Shown piece after piece: positions 6,688 through 16,000 of a DNA stretch of 32,066 bases (position 1 is its first letter; each line of letters begins with the position of its first letter). The notes below the pieces were generated by a model. That model was not told the origin of the DNA. It ran no database searches and saw only the letters and a program-made list of their open reading frames with translations. The position numbers and the translations under genes are program-made. Source of the DNA: Candidatus Poribacteria bacterium (GTDB taxonomy: Bacteria; Poribacteria; WGA-4E; WGA-3G); the NCBI GenBank assembly GCA_965214095.1, contig CBDCAZ010000001.1:1-32066 (forward strand). Direction: 5' to 3'.

Positions 6688-7914
6688 TTGCGCCTGAACC
6701 TTTCGTTTGAACCCGATCTCTTCGTGGCCCAACTGGGTCACGAAATAGCCGCAGGTGGCCTGACAGTCGTCGATGCAGTTGAGAGGTTTCTCTCAGATTG
6801 GCTGGAGAATGCCATCACCGGATGCCTCGGCGATAGAATCGTCAAGGCTCCCAACTCAATTGTGAATCCTACATACTACGTCAATCGATTCCAAAACCTT
6901 GCCGCACTCAGTCATGCCGGATATTCCACTTGGTATCCGGAAGTGCGTTTTTCCACGGGCAAGGGTGATGATGTAGACATTACTCAGTTGAGTGCGTCTG
7001 GCATTGAGCTCCGTAGCATTAGGTATGGCGGCGACGTTGAACGCCATTACGCCCACAAAATGAAGGAACTCAAGACGCAAGTAAACCATTCAATTCGTCT
7101 AAACGAAGTAAGAATATCTCCGGATCTCTTCATTCAAGTTATACAGGTATTGGCAAATCACCGTAAACTTTCGCAACCCCATATAGCCAACTTAACTGTG
7201 GGCATCGAACGATTTGTCGACGACAGAATTGAAGGATTCAGGACGGTCGCCTTTGACCATGTCGTTACCGGCGAGCGGCACTTCTGTTCATGCCACTCTG
7301 ACGCGCATGAGGCAATGCTCATGGATGCCAGAGAACGGCTTCCAAGTTTTGTCTCGGGTTCCTGGCCACATCGCGTCGTTTCTTTGCTTCAAGGCGCTCG
7401 ATATACGGACGACATTTGCCATTTCTGCGTTGCAGAACAGCACGGGAAGAACGCTCACGTAGAATGGTACGGCAGTCAGATTCGAAAGCATTATCAACCA
7501 TATGTTGATCTGCTTGTTCGCGGTAAGGTCATGGATCGCCGAACAGCGCGCGCAGAAACGATGCGTCGTCTTTCGATCAGCCGGTGGGTACGCGAGGACG
7601 AGCTATACGCAGTAATTCACAAGCTCTTTCCTGACCGTAAGATTCGCCGTGAGGCTTCCCCAACTTGGCTGGGTCAGCAGCGCCTGGACATCTATCTTCC
7701 CGAACTTGCCCTTGCGATCGAACACCAGGGAGAACAACACTTCTTTCCCATTGAAGCGTTTGGCGGACAAAGCGCATTGGAGAAGACGCGGGAGCGCGAC
7801 CGGCGCAAACGGGCACTGTGCAATGAGAACGGCGTTACGGTCATTGATGTGCGTTTCGATGACCCGATAACGACATCTAGTCTTAGAAGCCGCCTTAAGC
7901 GCTGGCTCTGCTGA
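6688..7914 (+). CDS. Unknown N-terminal region + Cys/His Zn-binding cluster + C-terminal Vsr/DUF559-like PD-(D/E)XK endonuclease
   Basis: TTG start with GGAG RBS; HFCSCH...CHFC; WLGQQRLDIYLPELALAIEHQGEQHF...RDRRKRALC. Lower GC than the flanks. Confidence 0.78.
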   Translation: MRLNLSFEPDLFVAQLGHEIAAGGLTVVDAVERFLSDWLENAITGCLGDRIVKAPNSIVNPTYYVNRFQNLAALSHAGYSTWYPEVRFSTGKGDDVDITQLSASGIELRSIRYGGDVERHYAHKMKELKTQVNHSIRLNEVRISPDLFIQVIQVLANHRKLSQPHIANLTVGIERFVDDRIEGFRTVAFDHVVTGERHFCSCHSDAHEAMLMDARERLPSFVSGSWPHRVVSLLQGARYTDDICHFCVAEQHGKNAHVEWYGSQIRKHYQPYVDLLVRGKVMDRRTARAETMRRLSISRWVREDELYAVIHKLFPDRKIRREASPTWLGQQRLDIYLPELALAIEHQGEQHFFPIEAFGGQSALEKTRERDRRKRALCNENGVTVIDVRFDDPITTSSLRSRLKRWLC

Positions 7915-7918
7915 AGTA

Positions 7919-7998
7919 GCCGTGAGGGCGTCTGGCGCCGTCTGGTGGAGGAAGCGGAAGCCTCGGTGGCCGATGACGAGAGGGAAGGCTGAGCGGCC
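7919..7998. repeat. 80-bp direct repeat, copy 2 (orphan copy of the MobC-like 3' end)
   Basis: 78 of 80 identical to 6124..6203; begins 4 bp after the stop of ORF 6688..7914. Confidence 0.95.
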
Positions 7999-8058
7999 GC
8001 GGATTCGGTATGGCGCCAGTGCTCCCGGATCGCCTGTGCGCGGCTGCTGCTTGCGCCG

Positions 8059-11000
8059 TCAGTATGAGAGGCCGTATCCCCTGGTGAGTTCCTGGCGCCG
8101 CGCGTAGACCTCGCCCATGTGCCGCCAGCATTCCCCGGAGAGGTTCTCGAAGCTCCGGGCGAGGTCGGCGGGCAGGGCCTGTGCCAGCCCGGACAGGGAG
8201 AGCCTGTCGTCGGGATCGATGGCCTCGCGGATATGGTGGCGGAAAGCGGCAAGGGTCTCTTCGGGCCAGGCGCGGTTCCTGCGGGCGAGTTCGACCAGCG
8301 CGTCACGGTCGCGGTCGTCTTCGGGCCTTGTGACGGCGCACATCAGCATGTCGAGGCGGCCGGGGTCGTGGCGCTGGTCGCCGGCGGCGAACGCGCCGGC
8401 GTCCGGCAGTTCGATCCGGCGGGGCCCCGCCTCGGGATCGCGCGCGGCGCGGCGGATCGCCTCGATCTCGGCAACGAGGTCGGCCATGTCGATCCAGCGG
8501 CGGTCGACATGGTCGCTCTGGGTGGGGTTGCCGGAGGCGCGCCAGTTCCGGAAGGTCTTGACGAACTGCTCGGCCCGGACGTCCCACCTGCGGTAATCCG
8601 GATCGACGTCGTTGAGGGCCCGGGGCGGGGGTTCGGGCGCCGGGGGGATGTCGTCTTCGGCCCGGAACAGCCCGAGGGCGCGGCCGATGAGCCCCGGACG
8701 GGCGGCCTCCTCCTCCGGGGCGGGCGGTTCCGGGGCAAGGGCGCGGTCGAGAATGGCGGGATATGTCTCCAGATGGGCCCGGGCCCGCCTGATTGCGTTC
8801 CGGATCGTGTCGCGGACACGGATTTCGCTGTCGATCACGGCCTGGAACTGCTCAAGGTAGCGGCGGTCCCTGTCGGAGAGCCCGGGGGTTGCGAGCAGCC
8901 GCGCGGCCTCGGCGCGCAGCGGCTCGATGCCGGGCTGGTAGATGATGGCGCTCTCGCCGGCGGCGGCGTCGGCCTCGTCAACGGCATCGCGGATGCGCCG
9001 GCAGCCGCGGGCAGCCTCCGCCTCCCGCTGCGCCCCGGCCCTGCCGGCGGCCGCCTTCGCCTCCTCCCGCAGCGTCTGGCCCGCGCCCTCCATGAGCGCC
9101 TCCGCCGCTTCCGCCGCCGCACGCCATGCCGCCGCATCCTGCGGGACGGCCATCCGGATCTGCGCTTCCAGATCGTCCAGCGCCCGCAGCGTGCCTCTTG
9201 TCGTCACCGCCCGTTCCCGGTGCCGCTCCGCCCGGTCGCGCCATTCGGCCGCCGCCCGGGGAGACCCGTCTTCCAGGGCATCCGCGACCGTCCCGGCGAT
9301 GGCGGACGCGCCGCCATGCGCCGACATCCGCTGCTGCCGCAGTTGCCGCCATGCCTGCACATCCGCCACAGTCAGTGGCGCCATCTCCCGCTCCGCTCGC
9401 GCCGCCTCGGAGATCCGGCGCCCGACCAGCCTGTAGATCCAGCGTTGCACCTCCACATCGAGCGCCCGTTGCCGCGCCCGGGCGTCGCGCGCCACCGCCG
9501 CCTCGCCCGCCACCAGCGCCCTGTCGGCCAGAACGCCGAAGGCCATCGCCGCCTCCCGGGCGGCCGCGCCATGGCGCTCTATAGAGGCCGTGTCGATATC
9601 CCTGTCGGAGAGGGCCCCGGCAGGCGCCAGACGCTCCGAGGCCGCGTCCGCCGCCGCCAGCGCCACGTTCAGAATACGGTAGGCCCGAAGCCGCGCCTGC
9701 ATCCCGGATCCGTTCGTCCTCGCCGCCCCGATACCGTCCCCGTCGGGCGCATGGCCGGCGGCAGCCGCCGCTTCCGTGAACGCCTCGGCGACGGCGGCCG
9801 CCGCGTCCCGCACCCGTTCGACCGCTGCCATCCGCGCCCGCAGCGCCTGCCTGTCCTCCAGCCCGCCCGCCGGCAGGGCGGCGAAGGCGCGTTCGGCCTC
9901 CTCCGCACGGGCCCGCGCCGACGAAAGCGCCGCCTCCGCCTCCACCAGCCGGTGCCGGGCCTCCCCCTGGTACCGCCGATCCGCCCGCAGGCCGTCCAGG
10001 AACTGAGCCGCTATCTCCGCGCGGATGGTGGATTTCGCCGGGACCGCCGTGTCCACCTCGCCGATCGCCTCCAGCGCCGTCAGCCGCGCGCCCGTGTTCG
10101 CCTCCAGCGTCTCCACAAGCTGCTCGCGATTGTCGGTCAGCACCACAGCCTGCTCGCGCGCCCGGCCCAGCTGCACATAGAGCGTCTGCTGGTTCACCAG
10201 CGGCCCGGCGCCCGTGTCCAGCACCGCGATCACCCGGTCATGCGTCTGCCCCTGCGCCGCATGCACCGTGGAGGCATAGGCGTAGGCCAGGTGGCGCAGC
10301 TGCGGGTCGTTCCGCGCGAAGCTCAACTCCCGCCCGTCGGGGAGCCCCATCCACAGCACCCCCTTGCCGATCTCCAGCACGTCGGCCCGGTCGCCATTGG
10401 CAAGGCCGCGCTCCCGGTCGTTGCGGGTCCAGCGCAGCCGCTCGCCTTCCCTGATCCGCAGCGTCTTCGCCTCGAACAGGTCGAGCCGGTAGCGCAGCTC
10501 GCTGCCCGGCTTCAGGTGGCGCGGCCGGCCGTCATCATGGGCAAGCCTGACACGGTCCTCCTCCACCGCCATCACCGTGCAGGCATCGTCCCTGGCGATG
10601 CGGTAATGCTTCATGTCGCGGTTGAAGAGCGCGATATCGCCCTCGCGCCAGTTGCGGGGATCGCCGGTCTCGGCGCGTGTGAGGTTGAGCGGCACCAGGG
10701 TCTCGATCTCCATGGCGCGCCCGCGCAAGGCTCCCTCGGCCTCAAGACCCTCGCGCACCGCCTCCTCGACCCCGGCCCTGAGCGCGCGCGTCGGCACCAG
10801 CAGCGCCGTTGCCGCCCGCGCCTCCGCCGAGAGCCTGAGCCAGAGACCGGCCGCCACACCCGCGATCTCCTCGGCCGGGACTTCCTGCAGATTGCCCCCC
10901 AGATGCGCGAGCGCCGCGCCCGGCTCGCCCTCGATCATCTCCGCGACCGCCGCCCTCAGGTCCGGATCGCGCTGCCGGCGCAACTCGTCCATCTCCACAA

Positions 11001-12783
11001 CGCCCATGCCCGCCTGCTGCATCTGCCGGAAGGGCTGGCCCGCCTCCACGCCCCGCAACTGCCGCTTGTCGCCCACAAGCACGAGGCGCGCCACCTCCAG
11101 ACGCTCCGCAATCCTGAGCAGCGACCGCGCCTGCGCCGTGCCCGCCAGCGACATCTCGTCGACTACCACCACCGCGCCGCCATAGCGTTCTTTCAGGCGA
11201 GCGAGCGTCTCGGCATCCGCGACCCCGTCCGCCACCTCCCGGCAGCGTGTGAGGAACCATTGCAGCGTCCGGCAGGCGAGGCCCGTCTCGCGCGAGAGCG
11301 TCCGCGCCGCAGACGCCGACGGCGCCAGGCCCAGCACAGGCCGCCCGCCCAGGCACGACACGGCCCGGCGCAGCATGACCGTCTTGCCGCTGCCCGCATG
11401 GCCCTGTACGCCCAGCACCCGGTCGCGGCTCTCCAGGATCGAGCGCACCGCCTCGCGCTGGCCTTCGCTCAACCCCGCCAGCGCCTCTTCCGGAACGGCA
11501 TGCGCCGCGAGTGGGCGCACCGCGCCGATGCCGGCCTTCATGCGGGCCAGAACCTCGCGCTCGGCCTTCACCGCCCGCGCCGTCGTCCACGCCGCGCCCA
11601 CCCCGCGCCGGATCGCCGGCAGCAGATGCCTGTCACGCTGCAGTTCGGCAAAGGCGCCCTCGATCTCCTCCAGACGGTAAAGCCCCGGCCTGTGCGCCAG
11701 AGCCAGCGCCAGCGCCTCCCTCTCCGGGAACACGCTCGCCCGCTCCTCCAGCTGCTCCAGAACCCGCCAGGCGATCTCCAGCGCCGTCGGCGGCTCCGGG
11801 TGGCGCGCGCCGATCTTCCTGAGCGTCCGCTTGGCGAGACCGCGCTCCTCCGCGAAATCCCGCCACAGCGCCTCCAGCTCCGCACGCCGCGGCTCGTTCT
11901 TGCGCGCCCTTGTGGCCAGCGTCGCCATCTGCGCCGTGCGCGCATCGTAGCGCCAGCCCTTCTCCCGGATGAAGTCGAGGATCTGCCGCCGCCGGCTCGA
12001 GAACGCCTCCAGAGCCGCCCGCGGCCAGCCCGATATCTCGAACCCCGGCACACGCCCGATCATCGACGGCCTGAGCGCGAACCCCGCCTTCCTCAGCCCG
12101 TGCGCCAGTTCGTTGCGGTAGAAGGCCCCGACCAGCTTCTCCGACCGGCGCAGCAGGCCGATCTCGGCACTCCGCCACTGTCCGCCATCGCGGGTCATGT
12201 TGGCGATCACGCAATGGGTGTGAAGCTGCGGGTCGTTGTTGCGGCTGGTGATGTGCCGGAAGGTTGCCGCCACCAGCATGGGTGCGTTCACCTGCACCGA
12301 GCGCCGCTCCTCCGGGCTCCAGCGCCGCGTCCGCAAGAGCCGCGTCTCGATGAACGCCAGCGTCGCGCGCACCGCCGCGTCATGCGCGCGCATCGCCCGC
12401 GCGGAGCCCGGACCGCCGAGCAGCGCCTCCAGCGATACCGACTTCGGCGCCGACAGCGTGATGTCCACACCCGGGCGGTGCTCGTGTTCACCGTCGCGCA
12501 GCCGCCCCAGGCGAATGTCCGTGCCCGGCACATGGCCCTGAAGCACGCGGCGGAACTCTCCCGGCTCCACATGGCCGCTCAGCCCCAGCGCCGCCGCCCC
12601 GCTGCCCCGCCACCGGCTCGCCTTGCGGTGCTCGTCATCGCGGCGGGCGTAATAGTCCTCGCGCTCATTAGCCTGCCCCGGGCTCGATCCGGGGGTCGCC
12701 GGCGCGCCCAGCCCGTGGCCCTCGCGGCGGAAATAATGCACCGTCGAGGAGGCCGAGGTGAGGCTGACCACCGTCGCTACCAT
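8059..12783 (-). CDS. trwC: MOBF conjugative relaxase-helicase (TrwC/TraI family) with long C-terminal extension
   Basis: N-terminal YF...DYY, DITLSAPKSVS, HITSRNNDPQLHTH (HUH), FSSRR; RecD-like helicase motifs GHAGSGKT, VVVDEMS, LVGDKRQL, YASTVHAAQGQT, LYVQLGRAR. Confidence 0.95.
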   Translation of the reverse strand: MVATVVSLTSASSTVHYFRREGHGLGAPATPGSSPGQANEREDYYARRDDEHRKASRWRGSGAAALGLSGHVEPGEFRRVLQGHVPGTDIRLGRLRDGEHEHRPGVDITLSAPKSVSLEALLGGPGSARAMRAHDAAVRATLAFIETRLLRTRRWSPEERRSVQVNAPMLVAATFRHITSRNNDPQLHTHCVIANMTRDGGQWRSAEIGLLRRSEKLVGAFYRNELAHGLRKAGFALRPSMIGRVPGFEISGWPRAALEAFSSRRRQILDFIREKGWRYDARTAQMATLATRARKNEPRRAELEALWRDFAEERGLAKRTLRKIGARHPEPPTALEIAWRVLEQLEERASVFPEREALALALAHRPGLYRLEEIEGAFAELQRDRHLLPAIRRGVGAAWTTARAVKAEREVLARMKAGIGAVRPLAAHAVPEEALAGLSEGQREAVRSILESRDRVLGVQGHAGSGKTVMLRRAVSCLGGRPVLGLAPSASAARTLSRETGLACRTLQWFLTRCREVADGVADAETLARLKERYGGAVVVVDEMSLAGTAQARSLLRIAERLEVARLVLVGDKRQLRGVEAGQPFRQMQQAGMGVVEMDELRRQRDPDLRAAVAEMIEGEPGAALAHLGGNLQEVPAEEIAGVAAGLWLRLSAEARAATALLVPTRALRAGVEEAVREGLEAEGALRGRAMEIETLVPLNLTRAETGDPRNWREGDIALFNRDMKHYRIARDDACTVMAVEEDRVRLAHDDGRPRHLKPGSELRYRLDLFEAKTLRIREGERLRWTRNDRERGLANGDRADVLEIGKGVLWMGLPDGRELSFARNDPQLRHLAYAYASTVHAAQGQTHDRVIAVLDTGAGPLVNQQTLYVQLGRAREQAVVLTDNREQLVETLEANTGARLTALEAIGEVDTAVPAKSTIRAEIAAQFLDGLRADRRYQGEARHRLVEAEAALSSARARAEEAERAFAALPAGGLEDRQALRARMAAVERVRDAAAAVAEAFTEAAAAAGHAPDGDGIGAARTNGSGMQARLRAYRILNVALAAADAASERLAPAGALSDRDIDTASIERHGAAAREAAMAFGVLADRALVAGEAAVARDARARQRALDVEVQRWIYRLVGRRISEAARAEREMAPLTVADVQAWRQLRQQRMSAHGGASAIAGTVADALEDGSPRAAAEWRDRAERHRERAVTTRGTLRALDDLEAQIRMAVPQDAAAWRAAAEAAEALMEGAGQTLREEAKAAAGRAGAQREAEAARGCRRIRDAVDEADAAAGESAIIYQPGIEPLRAEAARLLATPGLSDRDRRYLEQFQAVIDSEIRVRDTIRNAIRRARAHLETYPAILDRALAPEPPAPEEEAARPGLIGRALGLFRAEDDIPPAPEPPPRALNDVDPDYRRWDVRAEQFVKTFRNWRASGNPTQSDHVDRRWIDMADLVAEIEAIRRAARDPEAGPRRIELPDAGAFAAGDQRHDPGRLDMLMCAVTRPEDDRDRDALVELARRNRAWPEETLAAFRHHIREAIDPDDRLSLSGLAQALPADLARSFENLSGECWRHMGEVYARRQELTRGYGLSY

Positions 12784-13076
12784 GAGCAGAGCCTAGCCCA
12801 TTGCGCAGGGCGGCGCATGCACGGACCTGCTCCCGATACCGGTCGGTATTGTCGGGACTTCGCGTTCGGGGGCCACACGAACGTCAGGGCATCGGGAGGA
12901 TTCCGTTGGCGGCGGAATCATGGCAGGATGGCGCACATTCACGGATCGCGTTCCGGGCCAGACCGGTATCGGAGGGACAGGCCATGACACCAATGCTTGC
13001 GAAGGTCGGGACGGCAGCATCGGCCCTGTTCATGGGCCGGCTGGCGGTTTCGGGGTTGACAGGCGGAGACACCGAC

Positions 13077-16000
13077 ATGGCTACAATTAAGCCGAGCCGA
13101 GCCGAGCCGAGCCGAGCCGAGCCGCTCTTCCTGCGTCTTCATGGTGGCGCCGCCTAGGGCGCTCCGCCTCCCGGCCTGAGCTTTCTTCCGCTAGCGGGCG
13201 TTCCGACAGCCGCCGGCCCGCTTCCTCCTCCGACAGCTTCGCTCCCTCTCCCACCCGCGCCGCCGCGGGCGTTGGTCCTACCGTTCGCCGTCCCCGGCGC
13301 GGCCTGCTGCCCGCCCTGTTTGTCCTGCCGCTGCTCCTCGGGCTGGCAACCGAAGCCGCAGCGCAGAGCCAGAGCGTGCCGACGCTCAAGGTCGAGATAC
13401 CGACCGTCACCGAAGGCGAGACCGGCACCATCAAGCTCACCCTGAGCCAGGAGTCGAGCCAGTCGATAGATACTCAGGTTAGCGCCTTCTCTATAGTTTG
13501 CGGCAGTGGCGTTACCTGCCCGCAAGGCACGACCGCAGCGGGCGCCAGCGACTATTCCTTAACCAGCGTGACGATAACCTTCGCTCCTAGCGAGACGACC
13601 AAGACCGTCTCCTTCACCACGACCGACGACAGCACGTCCGAGTCGACCGAGGTGTTCCAGCTTGCGGTTACCGGTCTCGCTGCCTCCGAAGCCACCATCG
13701 ACCCCAGCACGCCGGCAGACGGCCAAGGTTTTGGACAACCATACTGGTTAGTCCGCATCCAGGACAACGACAATCCGGGGAACCCGAACGTCACGATTAC
13801 CCCCGGCACGTCGCCGGTGACGGAGGGGACGGCTGCGACCTTCACGGTGACGGCGACGCCGGCGCCCACTGCGGCGACGACGGTCTCGGTGGCGGTGACG
13901 GAGGAGACGAGCGGCAGCCAGGATTTCGTGGCTTCGAGCAACGAGACCACGCACACGGTGACCATTCCGGCGTCGGGAAGCCCGAACGCGGGCACGGCCA
14001 CGCTCACCATCCCGACGGTGGGCGACACCAACCAGGAGCCGCATGGCGCGGTGACGGCGGCGGTGAACACCGGCACCGGCTATACGGTGGGCAATCCGTC
14101 ATCGGCGACCGTGACGGTGCTGGACGACGACGGCACGTCGGCGCCTCCGGAGGTGTCAGTGCGGTTGATGACCGGCGAGGGCGAGAACCGCAACTCCGAC
14201 GGCGAGGTGGAGAAGCCCGAGTCCGACGGCACGGTGTCGTTCCCTCTATCGCTGGACGCGCAACCGTCGGCGGCGCTGACAGTGTGCGTCCGAGTGACCG
14301 AGTCGGGCGATGTCGACCGGGTCGCATTGGCCGATGAAGGTATCAAGACGGTGAGTTTCAACTCCGGCGTGCAGACGGGGTCAATCGACGTGGCGTGGAC
14401 CGACACAGATGCGGACGACCTGGACAGCGTCATCACCGTTACGGCAGTCCCGTCCAACACCGTGGGCTGCAGCAGCACGGACGTGTACACGGTGTCGAGC
14501 ACCACCGGCTCAGACAAGGTGAAGGTCTCGGATGACGAAGTGACCGCATTGTCGTTGGCTTCTTCGGACACGGAGATGGGTGAAGGCGACGCTTCGAACA
14601 CGGCGGTGATAACGGTGTCTCTGGGTCGTGCGCTGATCAGCGGTGAGTCGGTGGTGGCGCCGATCACGCTCGCTACCGACAACGGCGCACGACTGCCCGG
14701 CCACGCGACACCGGACTTTGCGGTGGCCGCAATGGGCACCGGCGTGGCGCTGAGCAACGCGACGTCCGCGACGCCCCGACTGACGTTCACCGGCTCCGAC
14801 TCAAGCACCGTGCAGGAAGCGACGGTGACGCTGACTCCAGTGGCGAACCGGGACGACGGTGACACGGACAATGAGACGATCACCGCAACGCTTTCCCTGC
14901 TGACCGGCACGGGTTCGGGCACTGTGGTGACCGGCGGCGGCGTGGCAGTCGTACAGGCATCTTCGGTGGCGACCCTGACGCTGGAGGACGACGAGGCCGC
15001 GCCGCCGGCGTGCCCTGCCCAGAACAACAGCCTCAGCGTTGGCAGCATTCGCATTCTCGAAAACGGCGAAACGACCTATTGCGTGCGGCTTCCCACCGCG
15101 CCTTCCGGTGGCAACACCACCGTCACCATCGGCAAGGCGGGCAGATATCAGGGGGCCGCGAACGCAAGCACAACAACACTCACCTTCACGGCATCGAACT
15201 ACATGAACCCGCAGCCGGTAACGGTGACCGGCGTGGACCAGCCGAACCTCCATCTCAACCGCACACTGTCATTGACCCACGCGGCCAACGGCGGCGGCTA
15301 CTCGAACCAGGGACTGGGCTGGGTTTCGGTGACGGTGGACGACGCGCCCGAGCTTGAGGTGTTTGATCTGGCGGTAATGAACGCCAATGACTACGCTGCC
15401 AAACAGCGCCCGAACACCGTCAAGGCGACGCGGGGGTTCAGGTATTTCCAGAATGACATGGTGCCAATTCTGCCGCTGCGTTACCTGCTGCGCCTGTCGA
15501 ACCGCCCGGCGACCGGCGAAACGGTGACGGTGACGGCAACATCGAGCGACTTCGCCAAGTTCGGCCTGTCTCGGACCCCGGGCGGCACGCCGCAGCCGTC
15601 GCTGACGGTGACCTTCGAGGACCGCGATGCCGACCGGGTCTGTTTCAATGGGGGTCACGGCTCTCCTGATGGAGCTAACACGCCGAACCCGGACATGTCC
15701 TGGGCGTGCAATCGCCGGATCTGGGTCATCAGCACGCAGAATGACAAAGCGACCTACCGGAAGGGCTGTGCCGACATCACCCACACGGCCTCGGGCGGCG
15801 GCCTGCGCGGCACGGCTATCGGGACGATCCGCGCCCACGCCGTTGCTGCCGGCAACCACCGTGCCCCCTCCAACGCCCCGGGCCGCGGATGCGCCCTCAT
15901 CACCAGCGAACTGCGCGGCCGCTCCGCACCCGCCCTTGCCGCCCCGGCGCCCACCGAGGCAGTCTCCAACCTGCAGGTGACGGCGGTGGACGACACCAGC

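Noticed and set aside
8119-12987. 1622-aa plus-strand ORF
   Set aside because: Antisense shadow of the GC-rich relaxase gene; no motifs, and stop-free antisense frames are expected at this GC content.
13090-13124. CRISPR array or iteron set
   Set aside because: Perfect 5-bp microsatellite without spacers; no cas or rep gene nearby.
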